This document shows, piece after piece, positions 53,814-63,358 of a stretch of DNA of 64,000 bases. The stretch spans positions 1,280,001 to 1,344,000 of the forward strand of contig CAXXTB010000002.1 of assembly GCA_963676795.2 (NCBI GenBank), written 5' to 3'. The position numbers were made by a program, and so were the translations under genes. How positions within the stretch are numbered: the first letter of the stretch is position 1; the number at the start of each line of letters is the position of its first letter. A model generated the notes under the pieces. It ran no database searches and was not told the DNA's origin. It saw only the letters and a program-made list of their open reading frames with translations. Origin of the DNA: Geopsychrobacteraceae bacterium. GTDB lineage: Bacteria; Desulfobacterota; Desulfuromonadia; Desulfuromonadales; Geopsychrobacteraceae.

Positions 53814-55658
53814 ATGTCTGACAAGGTGACAAGGGAAGAAGGCGCAATTTCAATCCATACGGAGAATATCTTTCCGATCATCAAGAAGTGGCTTTACAGC
53901 GAAAAGGAAATCTTTCTGCGTGAACTGGTTTCCAATGCCGTTGATGCGATCAGCAAGCTGAAAAATGTCAACCTGATGGAAGGGCTGCAGATTGCCGACG
54001 AATACAAGGTCGAGATCCGTATCGACAAAGAGGCGGGGACCCTGACCGTTGCTGATAACGGTATTGGCATGACCGCTGAGGAGGTCAAGAAATACATCAA
54101 CCAGGTCGCATTTTCCTCAGCTGAAGACTTTATCGAAAAGTTCAAGGATCTGGAGGATAAGAACCAGATTATCGGTCATTTCGGTCTCGGCTTTTATTCC
54201 AGCTTCATGGTCGCCAACAGGGTTGAGATCAAGACTCTTTCCTATCAGCAGGATGCGCAGGCTGTTCACTGGCAGTGCGAAGGAACAACCGCCTACTCCC
54301 TCGATCCGATCGAGAAAGAGGGGCGTGGTACTGAAGTCATTCTCAAGCTGAACGATGACGAGAAGGAGTTTCTGGAGGCCGCCAAGGTCAAGGAAGTGGT
54401 CAAGAAGTTTTGTAACTTCCTGCCGGTTTCGATCACTCTGGAAGGGGAGGAGATCAACGACAAGAACCCGCTCTGGACAAAGAGCGCCTCGGAGATCAGT
54501 GATGACGAGTACAAGGAATTTTACCGCAAGCTCTATCCGTTCTCAGATGAACCCCTGTTCTGGATCCATCTGAATATCGACTATCCGTTCAATCTGAAGG
54601 GGATCGTCTATTTCCCGCGGCTGAACAACGAGTTTGACGTCACCAAGAGCCATATCAATCTGTACTGCAGCCAGGTTTTTGTTTCGGACAACACCCCGGA
54701 GCTGATTCCTGAGTTCCTGACGCCGCTGCAGGGCTGTCTCGACGCTCCGGATCTGCCGCTGAACGTTTCGCGCAGTTACCTGCAGAACGAGCCGCAGGTG
54801 CGCAAGATCCGTGAAGTCATCAGTAATCGTGTCGCAGCCAAGATTGTCGATCTGGCCAAGAAGGACGGTGAAGCGTTTGAACCGATCTGGGAGGATATCC
54901 ATACCTTTGTCAAATACGGCATGATGCGCGAGGACAAGTTCTACGACAAGGTCAAGGATCATGTCATCTATACCTCGACCGGTGACAGCAAGTTCACCAC
55001 ACTGCCGGATTATCTCGAGCGGGCCAAGGAGAATCATGAAAACAAGGTCTACTACGCCAACAACGAGGCCGCCCAGTCCACCTACATCAAGCTGTTTAAG
55101 TCACAGGGGCTTGAGGTGCTGATTCTCGATGCAATGATCGACAGTCACTTCATCCAGTTTCTTGAGTCGAAGAACACCGACGTCAAGTTCGAGCGGGTCG
55201 ATTCAGACGTCACTGAAAATCTGCTTGATCAGGATGCCAGCAAGAAGATTGTCGAGGGGGCTGACAACAAAACCAAGGAAGACCGCATCGAAGAGAGCTT
55301 CAAGAAGGCCCTGGAGGGAATCAAGGGGTTGTTCATTCGGGTCGAGACTCTCAAGGATGGCAGTGTCCCCGGTATGATTCTGCTCAACGAGCAGTCACGT
55401 CGTTTCAAGGAGATGACCCGGATGATGGGCAATAGTCCGGAGGCTGGTGATTTGTTTGCCGAACACACCCTGCTGGTCAATACCGCAAGCCCGGCCGTTG
55501 CCAAGGCTCTGGAGCTGGCGGAGCAGGGTGACCAGGAGACGGCTGATATGCTGATGGAGCAGATCTATGATCTGGCGATGCTCTCGCAGCAGTCGATGAA
55601 TAAGGACAGGATGTCCGCCTTCCTCGAGCGAAGCAGCAAGTTGCTCGGATTGATCTGA
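53814..55658 (+). CDS. htpG: Chaperone HtpG (Hsp90)
   Basis: IFLRELVSNAVDA, DNGIGMT, IGHFGLGFYSSF, PLNVSRSYLQ. Confidence 0.95.
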   Translation: MSDKVTREEGAISIHTENIFPIIKKWLYSEKEIFLRELVSNAVDAISKLKNVNLMEGLQIADEYKVEIRIDKEAGTLTVADNGIGMTAEEVKKYINQVAFSSAEDFIEKFKDLEDKNQIIGHFGLGFYSSFMVANRVEIKTLSYQQDAQAVHWQCEGTTAYSLDPIEKEGRGTEVILKLNDDEKEFLEAAKVKEVVKKFCNFLPVSITLEGEEINDKNPLWTKSASEISDDEYKEFYRKLYPFSDEPLFWIHLNIDYPFNLKGIVYFPRLNNEFDVTKSHINLYCSQVFVSDNTPELIPEFLTPLQGCLDAPDLPLNVSRSYLQNEPQVRKIREVISNRVAAKIVDLAKKDGEAFEPIWEDIHTFVKYGMMREDKFYDKVKDHVIYTSTGDSKFTTLPDYLERAKENHENKVYYANNEAAQSTYIKLFKSQGLEVLILDAMIDSHFIQFLESKNTDVKFERVDSDVTENLLDQDASKKIVEGADNKTKEDRIEESFKKALEGIKGLFIRVETLKDGSVPGMILLNEQSRRFKEMTRMMGNSPEAGDLFAEHTLLVNTASPAVAKALELAEQGDQETADMLMEQIYDLAMLSQQSMNKDRMSAFLERSSKLLGLI

Positions 55659-55667
55659 TACGCAAAT

Positions 55668-55699
55668 AAAAAAGCCGGACGCGATGTCCGGCTTCTTTT
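55668..55699. terminator. Terminator after htpG
   Basis: AAAAAAGCCGGAC-GCGAT-GTCCGGCTTCTTTT. Confidence 0.75.
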
Positions 55700-55700
55700 A

Positions 55701-55855
55701 ACTCGTTGCCATCCGGAAACTCCGGAGGGCAACGAGTAAGTTTTCAGATTGGAAACGAGAAATTTTTCGATATAGCAAGGAAGTCAAGGGGTTGCGCGGA
55801 GGCTTAGTAGTTTACGCCGCTATGGCGGAAAAGGGCCGTTTCCGGATGAAAACTA
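55701..55855. repeat. Second inverted-repeat family: collapsed hairpin plus longer degenerate copy
   Basis: ACTCGTTGCCATCCGGA-AAC-TCCGGAGGGCAACGAGT (55701-55737); AGTTTTCAGATTGGAAACG...CGTTTCCGGATGAAAACT (55739-55854). Confidence 0.55.
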
Positions 55856-56326
55856 ACTCAGGCGCCCTGTCTGTCTCAGGGCTTCGTAGAGGATGATCGC
55901 AGCTGAGTTGGCCAGGTTGAGGCTGCGCACAGCGGGGGAGAAGATCGGTATGCGCAGGCAGTGATCCTTCTCCTGCTCGAGCAGTTCGTCGGGCAGGCCC
56001 AGCGTTTCTTTGCCGAAGACCAGGAAATCACCTTCATTGTAGCTGATTTCCGTGTGGATTTTCTGCGCTTTTTTTGAAGCGAACCAGAAACGTCCCTGGG
56101 GAAATTCCGCGCGCAATTGCTCAAAAGAGTCCCAGCGATGCAGCTTGACCTGAGGCCAGTAGTCAAGGCCCGCTCTCTTCATCTGTTTGTCATCAAGAGA
56201 AAAGCCGAGCTTGCCAACCAGGTGGAGATGAGTACCTGTTGCCGCACACAAACGTCCGATGTTTCCGGTGTTGGGTGGGATTTCGGGCTCGATCAGTACG
56301 ATATGAAAAGGAAAAGGTGTCGTCAT
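55853..56326 (-). CDS. trmL: tRNA (cytidine/uridine-34 2'-O)-methyltransferase TrmL
   Basis: EPEIPPNTGNI, RAGLDYW, FGKETLGL, RSLNLANS. Confidence 0.93.
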   Translation of the reverse strand: MTTPFPFHIVLIEPEIPPNTGNIGRLCAATGTHLHLVGKLGFSLDDKQMKRAGLDYWPQVKLHRWDSFEQLRAEFPQGRFWFASKKAQKIHTEISYNEGDFLVFGKETLGLPDELLEQEKDHCLRIPIFSPAVRSLNLANSAAIILYEALRQTGRLS

Positions 56327-56453
56327 GGCGCGGCACCTTATCACAAAGTCGCAAAGCTGAAAAGTATTGTTTTGTACTTGAACCAGTGAATGGATCATCA
56401 AATATAAGCACGTGCACTTCTATTTTGCGACCATTCACTGACTCAGGTAATAA

Positions 56454-56687
56454 TCAGAGGATCTTATCGATCAGTCGATCAAGCTCTTCATTCTGATCAT
56501 TGAAGCGTCTGCGTGGTCCGTCGTAACTGTAGTTGATTCTGCTTCTACGGAGTTTTCCCGAGTCGATGCTGACCCATCCGTCATTGCGTTTGAACCTGAC
56601 AATGTTGTTGTTTTCGATGAGTCTGTCCAGGATAAACCCTTTGACAAGGTCGTGTTTTCCGTTTGTGTAAACAACCGGGATCAGCAT
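56454..56687 (-). CDS. Small conserved hypothetical protein (GSU3473-like family, recalled)
   Basis: MLIPVVY.NG..D.V....LD.LI....I..FKR.DGWV...Y.GPRRR; RBS GAGGAG. Confidence 0.7.
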   Translation of the reverse strand: MLIPVVYTNGKHDLVKGFILDRLIENNNIVRFKRNDGWVSIDSGKLRRSRINYSYDGPRRRFNDQNEELDRLIDKIL

Positions 56688-56744
56688 GAAGGGGCTCCTC
56701 TCTGAGTTTGTTACAATCTACATCTTCGGGTACATATTAGCTCA

Positions 56745-56836
56745 GCAATATTTATACCCGGTAGTTAAATAATTAAAAATACTAGACTTAAGAATGGGAA
56801 GTTGTGAGGGTGTGCGTTTTGTCGGAAAAATTGACA
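56745..56836 (-). promoter_or_regulatory. sigma54 promoter with TGT-N11-ACA enhancer
   Basis: - strand GGGTATAAATATTGC (GG-N10-GC, 56759-56745); AT-rich spacer; TGTCGGAAAAATTGACA 56820-56836. Confidence 0.6.
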
Positions 56837-56842
56837 GAAGGG

Positions 56843-58303
56843 TCAGCGGAGGACCGAGATCTGAACGGAGGATCCGCACTTTGAATTTGGAATCAGTTCA
56901 AGGCGGTTACGGATACAGGAGATACTGTCTTCGAGATGGTGGGTTACATACAGCAGGGTCGTCTTGCCATTATGGCCGATAAAATCGATCAGTTTGAGAA
57001 TCAGGTCCAGATTGATCTGGTCGAGTCCCTGGCAGGGTTCATCGAGGATCAGCAGCCGTGGGTGCTTGATCATCGCGCGGGCGATGAGGACCATACGCTG
57101 CTCACCGAATGACAGCGCCTGAAACGGCTTGCGGGCCATCGCTTCAAGCTTGAGAATCTTCAGCCATTCTTCGGCGACTTTTTTCTGATCGAGCGAAGGG
57201 GGGCGATAGACCCCGATCGAGTCGAAGAAGCCGGAGAGCAACACGCTGATGACCGTCCCGCCGACCCGGAATTCCCGTTGAAAAGATGTTGAGATGTAGC
57301 CGATATCCTTTTTCAGATCCCAGACACTTTCTCCCTGACCTTTCTGGTAGCCGAAGATCTGGATATCGTTGGCATAGGCTTGCGGGTTGTCGCCGTTGAT
57401 CAGGTTGAGCAGGGTTGTTTTTCCCGATCCGTTCGGACCGACGACAATCCAGTGTTCAAGTGGCATGACCTGCCAGTTGATGCCATTGAGAATGGGTTGA
57501 TCGCGATAGCTGACCCGGACATCGCTCATACGGACCAACGGCTGATCCTTCTGAATCTCGATTTTCTGTTCAGGTAATTGTGGCAGCCGGTCTGGCAGGT
57601 TGGTCTGAAAGTGATGCATCCTGGCGATTTCAGGTGAGTTCAGAATCTCGTTCTTTGCTCCGGATTGAATCAATTTGCAGCGATGCAGATAGCCGATGTG
57701 GCTGACCTCGGCAAGGATCTCGTCAAAGCGGTTGAGGAGCAGGACGACCTGAATGCCGTGCTGCAGCAGGTCGCGAATGATCTCGATAACATTCTGGCAG
57801 GAAGCCCGGTCGAGTCCGTCAAAGGGTTCGTCCAGAACGATGAGCTGCGGCTTTTCAATCAGGGCCTGACAGATGACCGCCTTACGCATTTCTCCGGTCG
57901 AAAGAAACTTGATACCACGATCCAGCAGGGTCGAAAAGTTCAGCTTGGTGGCCAGACAATCGAGTTGCGAAGCCTTGTCTTCATGGCCGTGCAGGATGAA
58001 ATCCCTGACGCCGGTGCCACTGTCGGCGCCCCCTTTGAATTCAGAATCATCGATATAGCGTTCATGGTCGAGGATTTCCGTAACCCGTTCAAAGGAGATA
58101 AATGCCGTGCTTTCCGGCAGGGTTGCGGTGCCGGAAAGCAGCTCGAGCTGAGAGCATAGCAGGCGCCCGAACGCGGTCTTGCCGCAGCCGTTGTGTCCGA
58201 TGAAGGCCCAGCACTGATCTGCCTGGAGGGTCAGCGAAATCTCCTCCAGGCAGATCGATTTATGGATGCGGGCCGTGACCTGATTGAGTTCAATGGTTGT
58301 CAT
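56843..58303 (-). CDS. modF: Dual-domain ABC ATPase, ModF-like
   Basis: GHNGCGKT/LSTGE/LDEP and GPNGSGKT/LSFGEQ/LDEP; GESVWDLKK.IG. Confidence 0.85.
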   Translation of the reverse strand: MTTIELNQVTARIHKSICLEEISLTLQADQCWAFIGHNGCGKTAFGRLLCSQLELLSGTATLPESTAFISFERVTEILDHERYIDDSEFKGGADSGTGVRDFILHGHEDKASQLDCLATKLNFSTLLDRGIKFLSTGEMRKAVICQALIEKPQLIVLDEPFDGLDRASCQNVIEIIRDLLQHGIQVVLLLNRFDEILAEVSHIGYLHRCKLIQSGAKNEILNSPEIARMHHFQTNLPDRLPQLPEQKIEIQKDQPLVRMSDVRVSYRDQPILNGINWQVMPLEHWIVVGPNGSGKTTLLNLINGDNPQAYANDIQIFGYQKGQGESVWDLKKDIGYISTSFQREFRVGGTVISVLLSGFFDSIGVYRPPSLDQKKVAEEWLKILKLEAMARKPFQALSFGEQRMVLIARAMIKHPRLLILDEPCQGLDQINLDLILKLIDFIGHNGKTTLLYVTHHLEDSISCIRNRLELIPNSKCGSSVQISVLR

Positions 58304-58346
58304 GGCGCGGGAGTATAGCAGAGTGCTTTGCCCTTGTGGTGATTTT

Positions 58347-59630
58347 TTAGCAGGCGGCAAGCGCTCCGTCTATGTCGGCGATGATGTCATCGATATCCTC
58401 GATGCCGACCGAGATCCTGATCATTCCCGGGGTGACGCCGGCGGCAAGCTGCTCTGCCGGTGTCAGCTGCGAATGGGTGGTCGACGCCGGATGAATGACC
58501 AGGGTTTTGACGTCACCGATGTTGGCCAGGTGGCTGGCCAGCTTGACGTTGTCGATGAACTTTTTGCCCGCTTCAAGCCCGCCCTTGAGTTCGAAGCTGA
58601 CAATTGCCCCCTGACCTTTAGGTAGGTATTTCTGCGCGTTGGCATAATCCGGATGATCGACCAGTCCTGGATAGTTGACCGACTCAACATCAGAGTGCTC
58701 CTGGAGAAACCGCGCGACCTGCAGGGCATTTTCGCAGTGACGCGGCATCCTGACATGCAGGGTCTCAATCCCTTGCAGAATCTGGAAGGCGTTAAAGGGG
58801 GACAGGCATGGGCCCATATCGCGCAGCAGAGTCAATCTCATTTTCAGGATATAGGCCAGGTTGCCCAGTGCTTCATGGTAGACGAGGCCGTGATAGCTCG
58901 GGTCAGGGGTGGTGAATTCACTGAAGCGACCGTTTGCCCAGTTGAACTTGCCACTGTCGACAACAGCGCCGCCGATGCTCGTTCCGTGACCGCCGATGAA
59001 TTTGGTCAGTGAATAGCAGACGATATCGGCGCCATGCTCAATCGGTTTGAAGAGTACCGGTGTTGCCACGGTATTATCGACAATCAGCGGCAGACCGTGA
59101 TCATGGGCGGCCTTGGCCAGTGCTGCAAAATCATTGACGTTGTTATGCGGATTGCCGATGGTTTCGGTGTAGACCGCCCTGGTATTGTCATCAGCGATTT
59201 CAGCGATTTTGTCTGGTTCAGAGCTGTCGATGAAACGGACCTCGATGCCGAAGCGTTTCAACGTATGCTGAAACAGGTTATAGGTTCCGCCGTAGAGGGA
59301 ACTGCTGGAAATGATGTTGTCACCCGCCTTGGCCAGATTCATGATCGCCAGGCAGATGGCCGAAGAGCCCGAGGCCAGGGCCAGGGCGCCAACTCCGCCG
59401 TCCAGTTCCGCAAGGCGCTTTTCGAGAACATCGGTGGTTGGATTCATCAGGCGGGTGTAGATGTTACCGAGTTCTTTGAGCGAAAAAAGATTGGCTGCGT
59501 GCTCAGCCGAATTGAATGTATAGGACGATGTCTGGTAGATCGGGACGGCACGGGAATTTGTTGTCGGATCGACAACCTGACCAGCGTGCAGGGCTAATGT
59601 TCCATCTTTGAACTGAGAATTGTTCTGCAT
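58347..59630 (-). CDS. metY: O-acetylhomoserine aminocarboxypropyltransferase (sulfhydrylase)
   Basis: [44 protein letters not shown]. Confidence 0.9.
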   Translation of the reverse strand: MQNNSQFKDGTLALHAGQVVDPTTNSRAVPIYQTSSYTFNSAEHAANLFSLKELGNIYTRLMNPTTDVLEKRLAELDGGVGALALASGSSAICLAIMNLAKAGDNIISSSSLYGGTYNLFQHTLKRFGIEVRFIDSSEPDKIAEIADDNTRAVYTETIGNPHNNVNDFAALAKAAHDHGLPLIVDNTVATPVLFKPIEHGADIVCYSLTKFIGGHGTSIGGAVVDSGKFNWANGRFSEFTTPDPSYHGLVYHEALGNLAYILKMRLTLLRDMGPCLSPFNAFQILQGIETLHVRMPRHCENALQVARFLQEHSDVESVNYPGLVDHPDYANAQKYLPKGQGAIVSFELKGGLEAGKKFIDNVKLASHLANIGDVKTLVIHPASTTHSQLTPAEQLAAGVTPGMIRISVGIEDIDDIIADIDGALAAC

Positions 59631-59795
59631 TATACACCTCATGACTTTTGAATCTTTACATAAAAACACTACCTGTTCGGTAAAGAACTATCTATAGCAG
59701 TCTCGTTTTTGATCTGCAAGAAAAATGTCGACCAATTATGTCTTGATTATACCTGTATCTGTTGAACCATGTACTGGTTCAGGTTCTAAGTATAC

Positions 59796-59829
59796 AAAAA
59801 AAAGGCTGCCCCCATCAGGAGCAGCCTTT
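59796..59829 (-). terminator. Terminator between the two sulfhydrylase genes
   Basis: - strand AAAGGCTGC...GCAGCCTTT followed by a T run. Confidence 0.75.
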
Positions 59830-59852
59830 GATTCTAGCGAAAAAAATAAATA

Positions 59853-61136
59853 TCAGACGCGACTTGCATTCAAGGCCTGATCGACATCCCTGATCAGGTC
59901 GTCAATGCTCTCGATACCGACCGAGAGACGAATCAGGTCGGGCGATACGCCGGAGGCAATCTGCTGTTCTTCGCTCAGCTGGCGGTGCGTTGTGCTGGCC
60001 GGATGCAGGACACAGGAACGGGCGTCGCCGACATGGACGACCATGGCGATGATCTTGCAAGCCTCCATGAACCTGATTCCTGCCTCGCGGCCGCCCCTGA
60101 TGCCGAAGGTCAGAACGCCACTTGTTCCTTTGGGCAGGTATTTCTGTGCCAGTTTGTAGCTTGAATGGCTCTCAAGACCCGGGTAATTGACCCAGGAAAC
60201 GGCCTCATGCTGCTCGAGGAACTTGGCCAGGGCCAGGGCGTTGGAGCTGTGACGTTCCATCCGCAGGTGCAGGGTCGTCAGGCCGTGGTTCAGCAGGAAG
60301 GTATTCTGGGGAGCCGGTGTCACGCCGAGGTCGCGCATGTACTGAACGCGGGCCTTGATGATGTAGGCCATAGGGCCGAACTTTTTGGTATAGATAAGCC
60401 CGTGATAGGAGCTGTCTGGTTCGTTCAGTTCCGGGTATTTCTCGGCAGACCAGTTGAACTTCCCGCCGTCGATAATGACACCGCCGACGCAGGTGCCGTG
60501 GCCATCGATGTATTTGGTCGCGGAATGAATAACGATATCGGCACCATGCTCAAGCGGACGGCAGAGATAGGGGGAAGCCAGGGTGTTGTCGACGATCAGT
60601 GGGACGTTCATCTCTTTACAGAGTGTGCTGAACTTTTCAAAGTCGAGGACATTCAGTCCTGGATTGCCGATGGTTTCGGCAAAAACGCAGCGGGTTTCCG
60701 GACGGAAGGCTTTCTTCATCTCTTCAATGGAGCTCTGCGGGTCGATAAAGCTGACCTCGACACCCAGCTTGGGCAGGGTGTTGGCAAAGAGCGAGAAGGT
60801 TCCACCGTACAGGGTGCTCGCCGCGACCACATGCTGACCGCTGCGACAGATGTTGAGGATAGAAAGTGCAGAAGCGGCCTGGCCGGATGAGGTTGCCAGG
60901 GCACCGACACCCCCTTCGAGGAGCGCCATCTTTTCTTCAAAGACACCGGTTGTCGGATTGCCGATCCGGGTGTACATCGGATCGAAACTGTCCAGATCGA
61001 AGAGCTGCGCCATGTGTTCAGCGCTGTCATATTTAAATGTAGTACTTTGACATATCGGAGCTGTTCTCGGCTCTGCCGCTCCCGGGCGGTAGTTCCCCTG
61101 AACGGCCTGTGTTTCAATAGACCAGTCTTTCTGCAT
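59853..61136 (-). CDS. Second O-acetylhomoserine sulfhydrylase family protein
   Basis: YTRIGNPT, SATKYIDGHG, HVGDARS, HPASTTH. Confidence 0.88.
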   Translation of the reverse strand: MQKDWSIETQAVQGNYRPGAAEPRTAPICQSTTFKYDSAEHMAQLFDLDSFDPMYTRIGNPTTGVFEEKMALLEGGVGALATSSGQAASALSILNICRSGQHVVAASTLYGGTFSLFANTLPKLGVEVSFIDPQSSIEEMKKAFRPETRCVFAETIGNPGLNVLDFEKFSTLCKEMNVPLIVDNTLASPYLCRPLEHGADIVIHSATKYIDGHGTCVGGVIIDGGKFNWSAEKYPELNEPDSSYHGLIYTKKFGPMAYIIKARVQYMRDLGVTPAPQNTFLLNHGLTTLHLRMERHSSNALALAKFLEQHEAVSWVNYPGLESHSSYKLAQKYLPKGTSGVLTFGIRGGREAGIRFMEACKIIAMVVHVGDARSCVLHPASTTHRQLSEEQQIASGVSPDLIRLSVGIESIDDLIRDVDQALNASRV

Positions 61137-61227
61137 GTGATTCCTCCTTGCATAAGCCACTAAAGTTGCCGGATATTATCAGAATTGAATCAAAAGTCAT
61201 AGCATACTTATTGAGGTCTGATTACCC

Positions 61228-62631
61228 ATGGATTTTGTCCTTCTAGAAAATATCGTCAGCGAGCTTCAGCAGCAACTGGTTCCTGCCGTCGTGTCTAAAA
61301 TTTATCAGCCTGATGCGGACCTGCTGATCTTCAAGCTCTGGAACGGGCGACAGAATTTGCGTCTGCTGATTTCTGTCGAGCCAGCAAATAGTCGAATCCA
61401 TCTGAGTTGGCGTGACTGGCTGAATCCGGACCGGCCGCCCCGCTTCTGTCAGTTGCTCAGGGCGCGTATTGCCCGTATCGAATCTATTGAACTCGTCAAT
61501 GAAGACCGGATTGTTCGGCTGAATTGTCTGGGGGATCGCGGCCCGTGCCGACTGATTGTTGAGCTGACCGGCAAGACGGGCAATATGGTTCTGGTTGATG
61601 CGAATGGATCGATTGTCGATGCACTGCACCGGGACAGGGGCGGGCGTCAGTTCCTGTCCGGACAGAGGTATCTTCCTCCGGAAAATAAGGGAAGTCGACC
61701 GGGAGAAGCGGTTCGCCCCGAACCCGGTACATTTGAGAGCTGGAGCCGTTATGCCGAAGAGACTCTTGCGGGCACAGATGAAATATCGCCGCAGGAATTT
61801 CATAAGCAGCTGCAAAATAGTGTCGGCAAGTACAAGAAGAAGCTTATCCGGCGCTTGGCTGAGATTGAAAAGGAGATGGGGCAGCAGGAGAATGCGGAAA
61901 CCTATAGGCAGTTGGGGGATCTGTTGCTGGCCAACAGGCAGTATCTACAACGTGGCATGACGGAGATTGAGGTTGTCGATTATTTCAGCCCGGATGCTGC
62001 GGCGTTGCGCATCGAACTCGATCCGGTATTGACCCCGCAGGAGAACGTCGAACGTTATTATAAACGCCACCGCAAGCTGTCCAGGGGGATTGAACACAGT
62101 CTACGCCGTCATGAGGAGACGCAAAGCGAACTGGAATGGCTGGAGCAGCTTGAGTATCAACTGAACTCGGACCTGCAAAAAGCCGATCTGGAGGATATTG
62201 CCGAGGAGTTGCGGGCAGCGAAGGTCCTGCGGGAGAAGACATCTCTTCACCGGCGGCGGACAACCTCAGTGACCAAACCGAATGAAACCGTCTCGCCATC
62301 GGGTCTGAGGGTCATCTGGGGGCGCAGCAATCGGCAGAATGACCAGATCACGACCCGCATCCTCAAGTCGGGTGATCTCTGGTATCACGCCAAGGGGATT
62401 CCGGGCAGCCATGTTGTGCTGAAGTCTTCGGATCTGAATGCCTTTTCCGAGGCAGATCGCCTGTTTGCAGCGTCTATCGCAGCCGGCTATTCCAAAGGGC
62501 GCAATGATACAAAGGTAGAGGTTATTGAAGCTGAAGCCAAATCGGTAAAAAAATCAAAAGGGTACAAGCCGGGGATGGTGAGCGTAAAAGAATTTTCCAG
62601 TATCTGTGTCGAGCCGTACAGGCCTGAATAA
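61228..62631 (+). CDS. rqcH: NFACT family protein (RqcH/Rqc2/FbpA)
   Basis: EDRIV DR motif, ELTGK.GN, GRSNRQND, DLWYHAKGIPGSHVVL. Confidence 0.85.
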   Translation: MDFVLLENIVSELQQQLVPAVVSKIYQPDADLLIFKLWNGRQNLRLLISVEPANSRIHLSWRDWLNPDRPPRFCQLLRARIARIESIELVNEDRIVRLNCLGDRGPCRLIVELTGKTGNMVLVDANGSIVDALHRDRGGRQFLSGQRYLPPENKGSRPGEAVRPEPGTFESWSRYAEETLAGTDEISPQEFHKQLQNSVGKYKKKLIRRLAEIEKEMGQQENAETYRQLGDLLLANRQYLQRGMTEIEVVDYFSPDAAALRIELDPVLTPQENVERYYKRHRKLSRGIEHSLRRHEETQSELEWLEQLEYQLNSDLQKADLEDIAEELRAAKVLREKTSLHRRRTTSVTKPNETVSPSGLRVIWGRSNRQNDQITTRILKSGDLWYHAKGIPGSHVVLKSSDLNAFSEADRLFAASIAAGYSKGRNDTKVEVIEAEAKSVKKSKGYKPGMVSVKEFSSICVEPYRPE

Positions 62632-62655
62632 TTTTTTAAAAGGTGAAATTTTTTA

Positions 62656-62684
62656 TTGCAAAGGCAAAATCCTTTTGCTATAAG
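62656..62684 (+). promoter_or_regulatory. sigma70 promoter of tRNA-Leu pair
   Basis: TTGCAA-N17-TATAAG with TG extension. Confidence 0.6.
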
Positions 62685-62697
62685 TTCTCTCGCTTCA

Positions 62698-62784
62698 GCC
62701 GAAGTGGTGGAATTGGTAGACACGCTAGGTTCAGGGTCTAGTGTCCGTAGGGACGTGGGAGTTCGAGTCTCCCCTTCGGCACCA
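62698..62784 (+). tRNA. tRNA-Leu(CAG), copy 1
   Basis: Anticodon arm CTAGG-TTCAGGG-TCTAG, long variable arm, CCA. Confidence 0.96.
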
Positions 62785-62897
62785 ATAAATAAACAACCCG
62801 GTTACTTCAGTAATCGGGTTTTTATTTTCCCTTAGGGGGAGGAATGAAGCGTGAAACGCTATTTGAATGTCAGTGAATCACTAAAAAAATCGAATAA

Positions 62898-62984
62898 GCC
62901 GAAGTGGTGGAATTGGTAGACACGCTAGGTTCAGGGTCTAGTGTCCGTAGGGACGTGGGAGTTCGAGTCTCCCCTTCGGCACCA
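62898..62984 (+). tRNA. tRNA-Leu(CAG), copy 2
   Basis: Identical to copy 1, offset exactly 200 bp. Confidence 0.96.
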
Positions 62985-63036
62985 AATAAAACAAAACCCC
63001 CAGTTACGTTCAGGTAACTGGGGGTTTTGTTTTATT
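62985..63036 (+). terminator. Terminator after tRNA-Leu copy 2
   Basis: AATAAAACAAAACCCCCAGTTAC-GTTCAG-GTAACTGGGGGTTTTGTTTTATT. Confidence 0.8.
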
Positions 63037-63358
63037 CAGTTTGCCGGAGACTCGAAGCGCAGCGAGCGCTGAATTTCCTTCGCATCTAAATTGCATCCTG
63101 TCTGATAAATAGAAGCGCCGCTTTTCCGTCGTCCTAAGTGGCGAAAGTACTCAGGTCTAAATGCCATCCCATCATCCTCAATCTGCTGTTGCTTTAAATT
63201 GGCTTTGTTTGGCTTCTTTATTGTATTTTCAATGACTGTTGGATGAAAAATTACCCTGATAATTCTGGATATAGCAATATTATATATGAAATGTTGTATT
63301 CTTTACCTAGGGCCGTGCAGGTTATTGTTCATGATGAATTAATCCTCCGGGGGTGAGT

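Noticed and set aside
59631..59852. SAM riboswitch upstream of the sulfhydrylase genes
   Set aside because: No S-box consensus (ATC-AGAG...GGC...GCAAC...GTGC) found
63110..63170. Hairpin CCTAAGT...GAAA...ACTCAGG with GEMM-like words (GGTCTAA; GACGGAAAAGC on - strand)
   Set aside because: On neither strand do the c-di-GMP-I elements occur in the right order with a GNRA loop and receptor; a cmsearch would settle it
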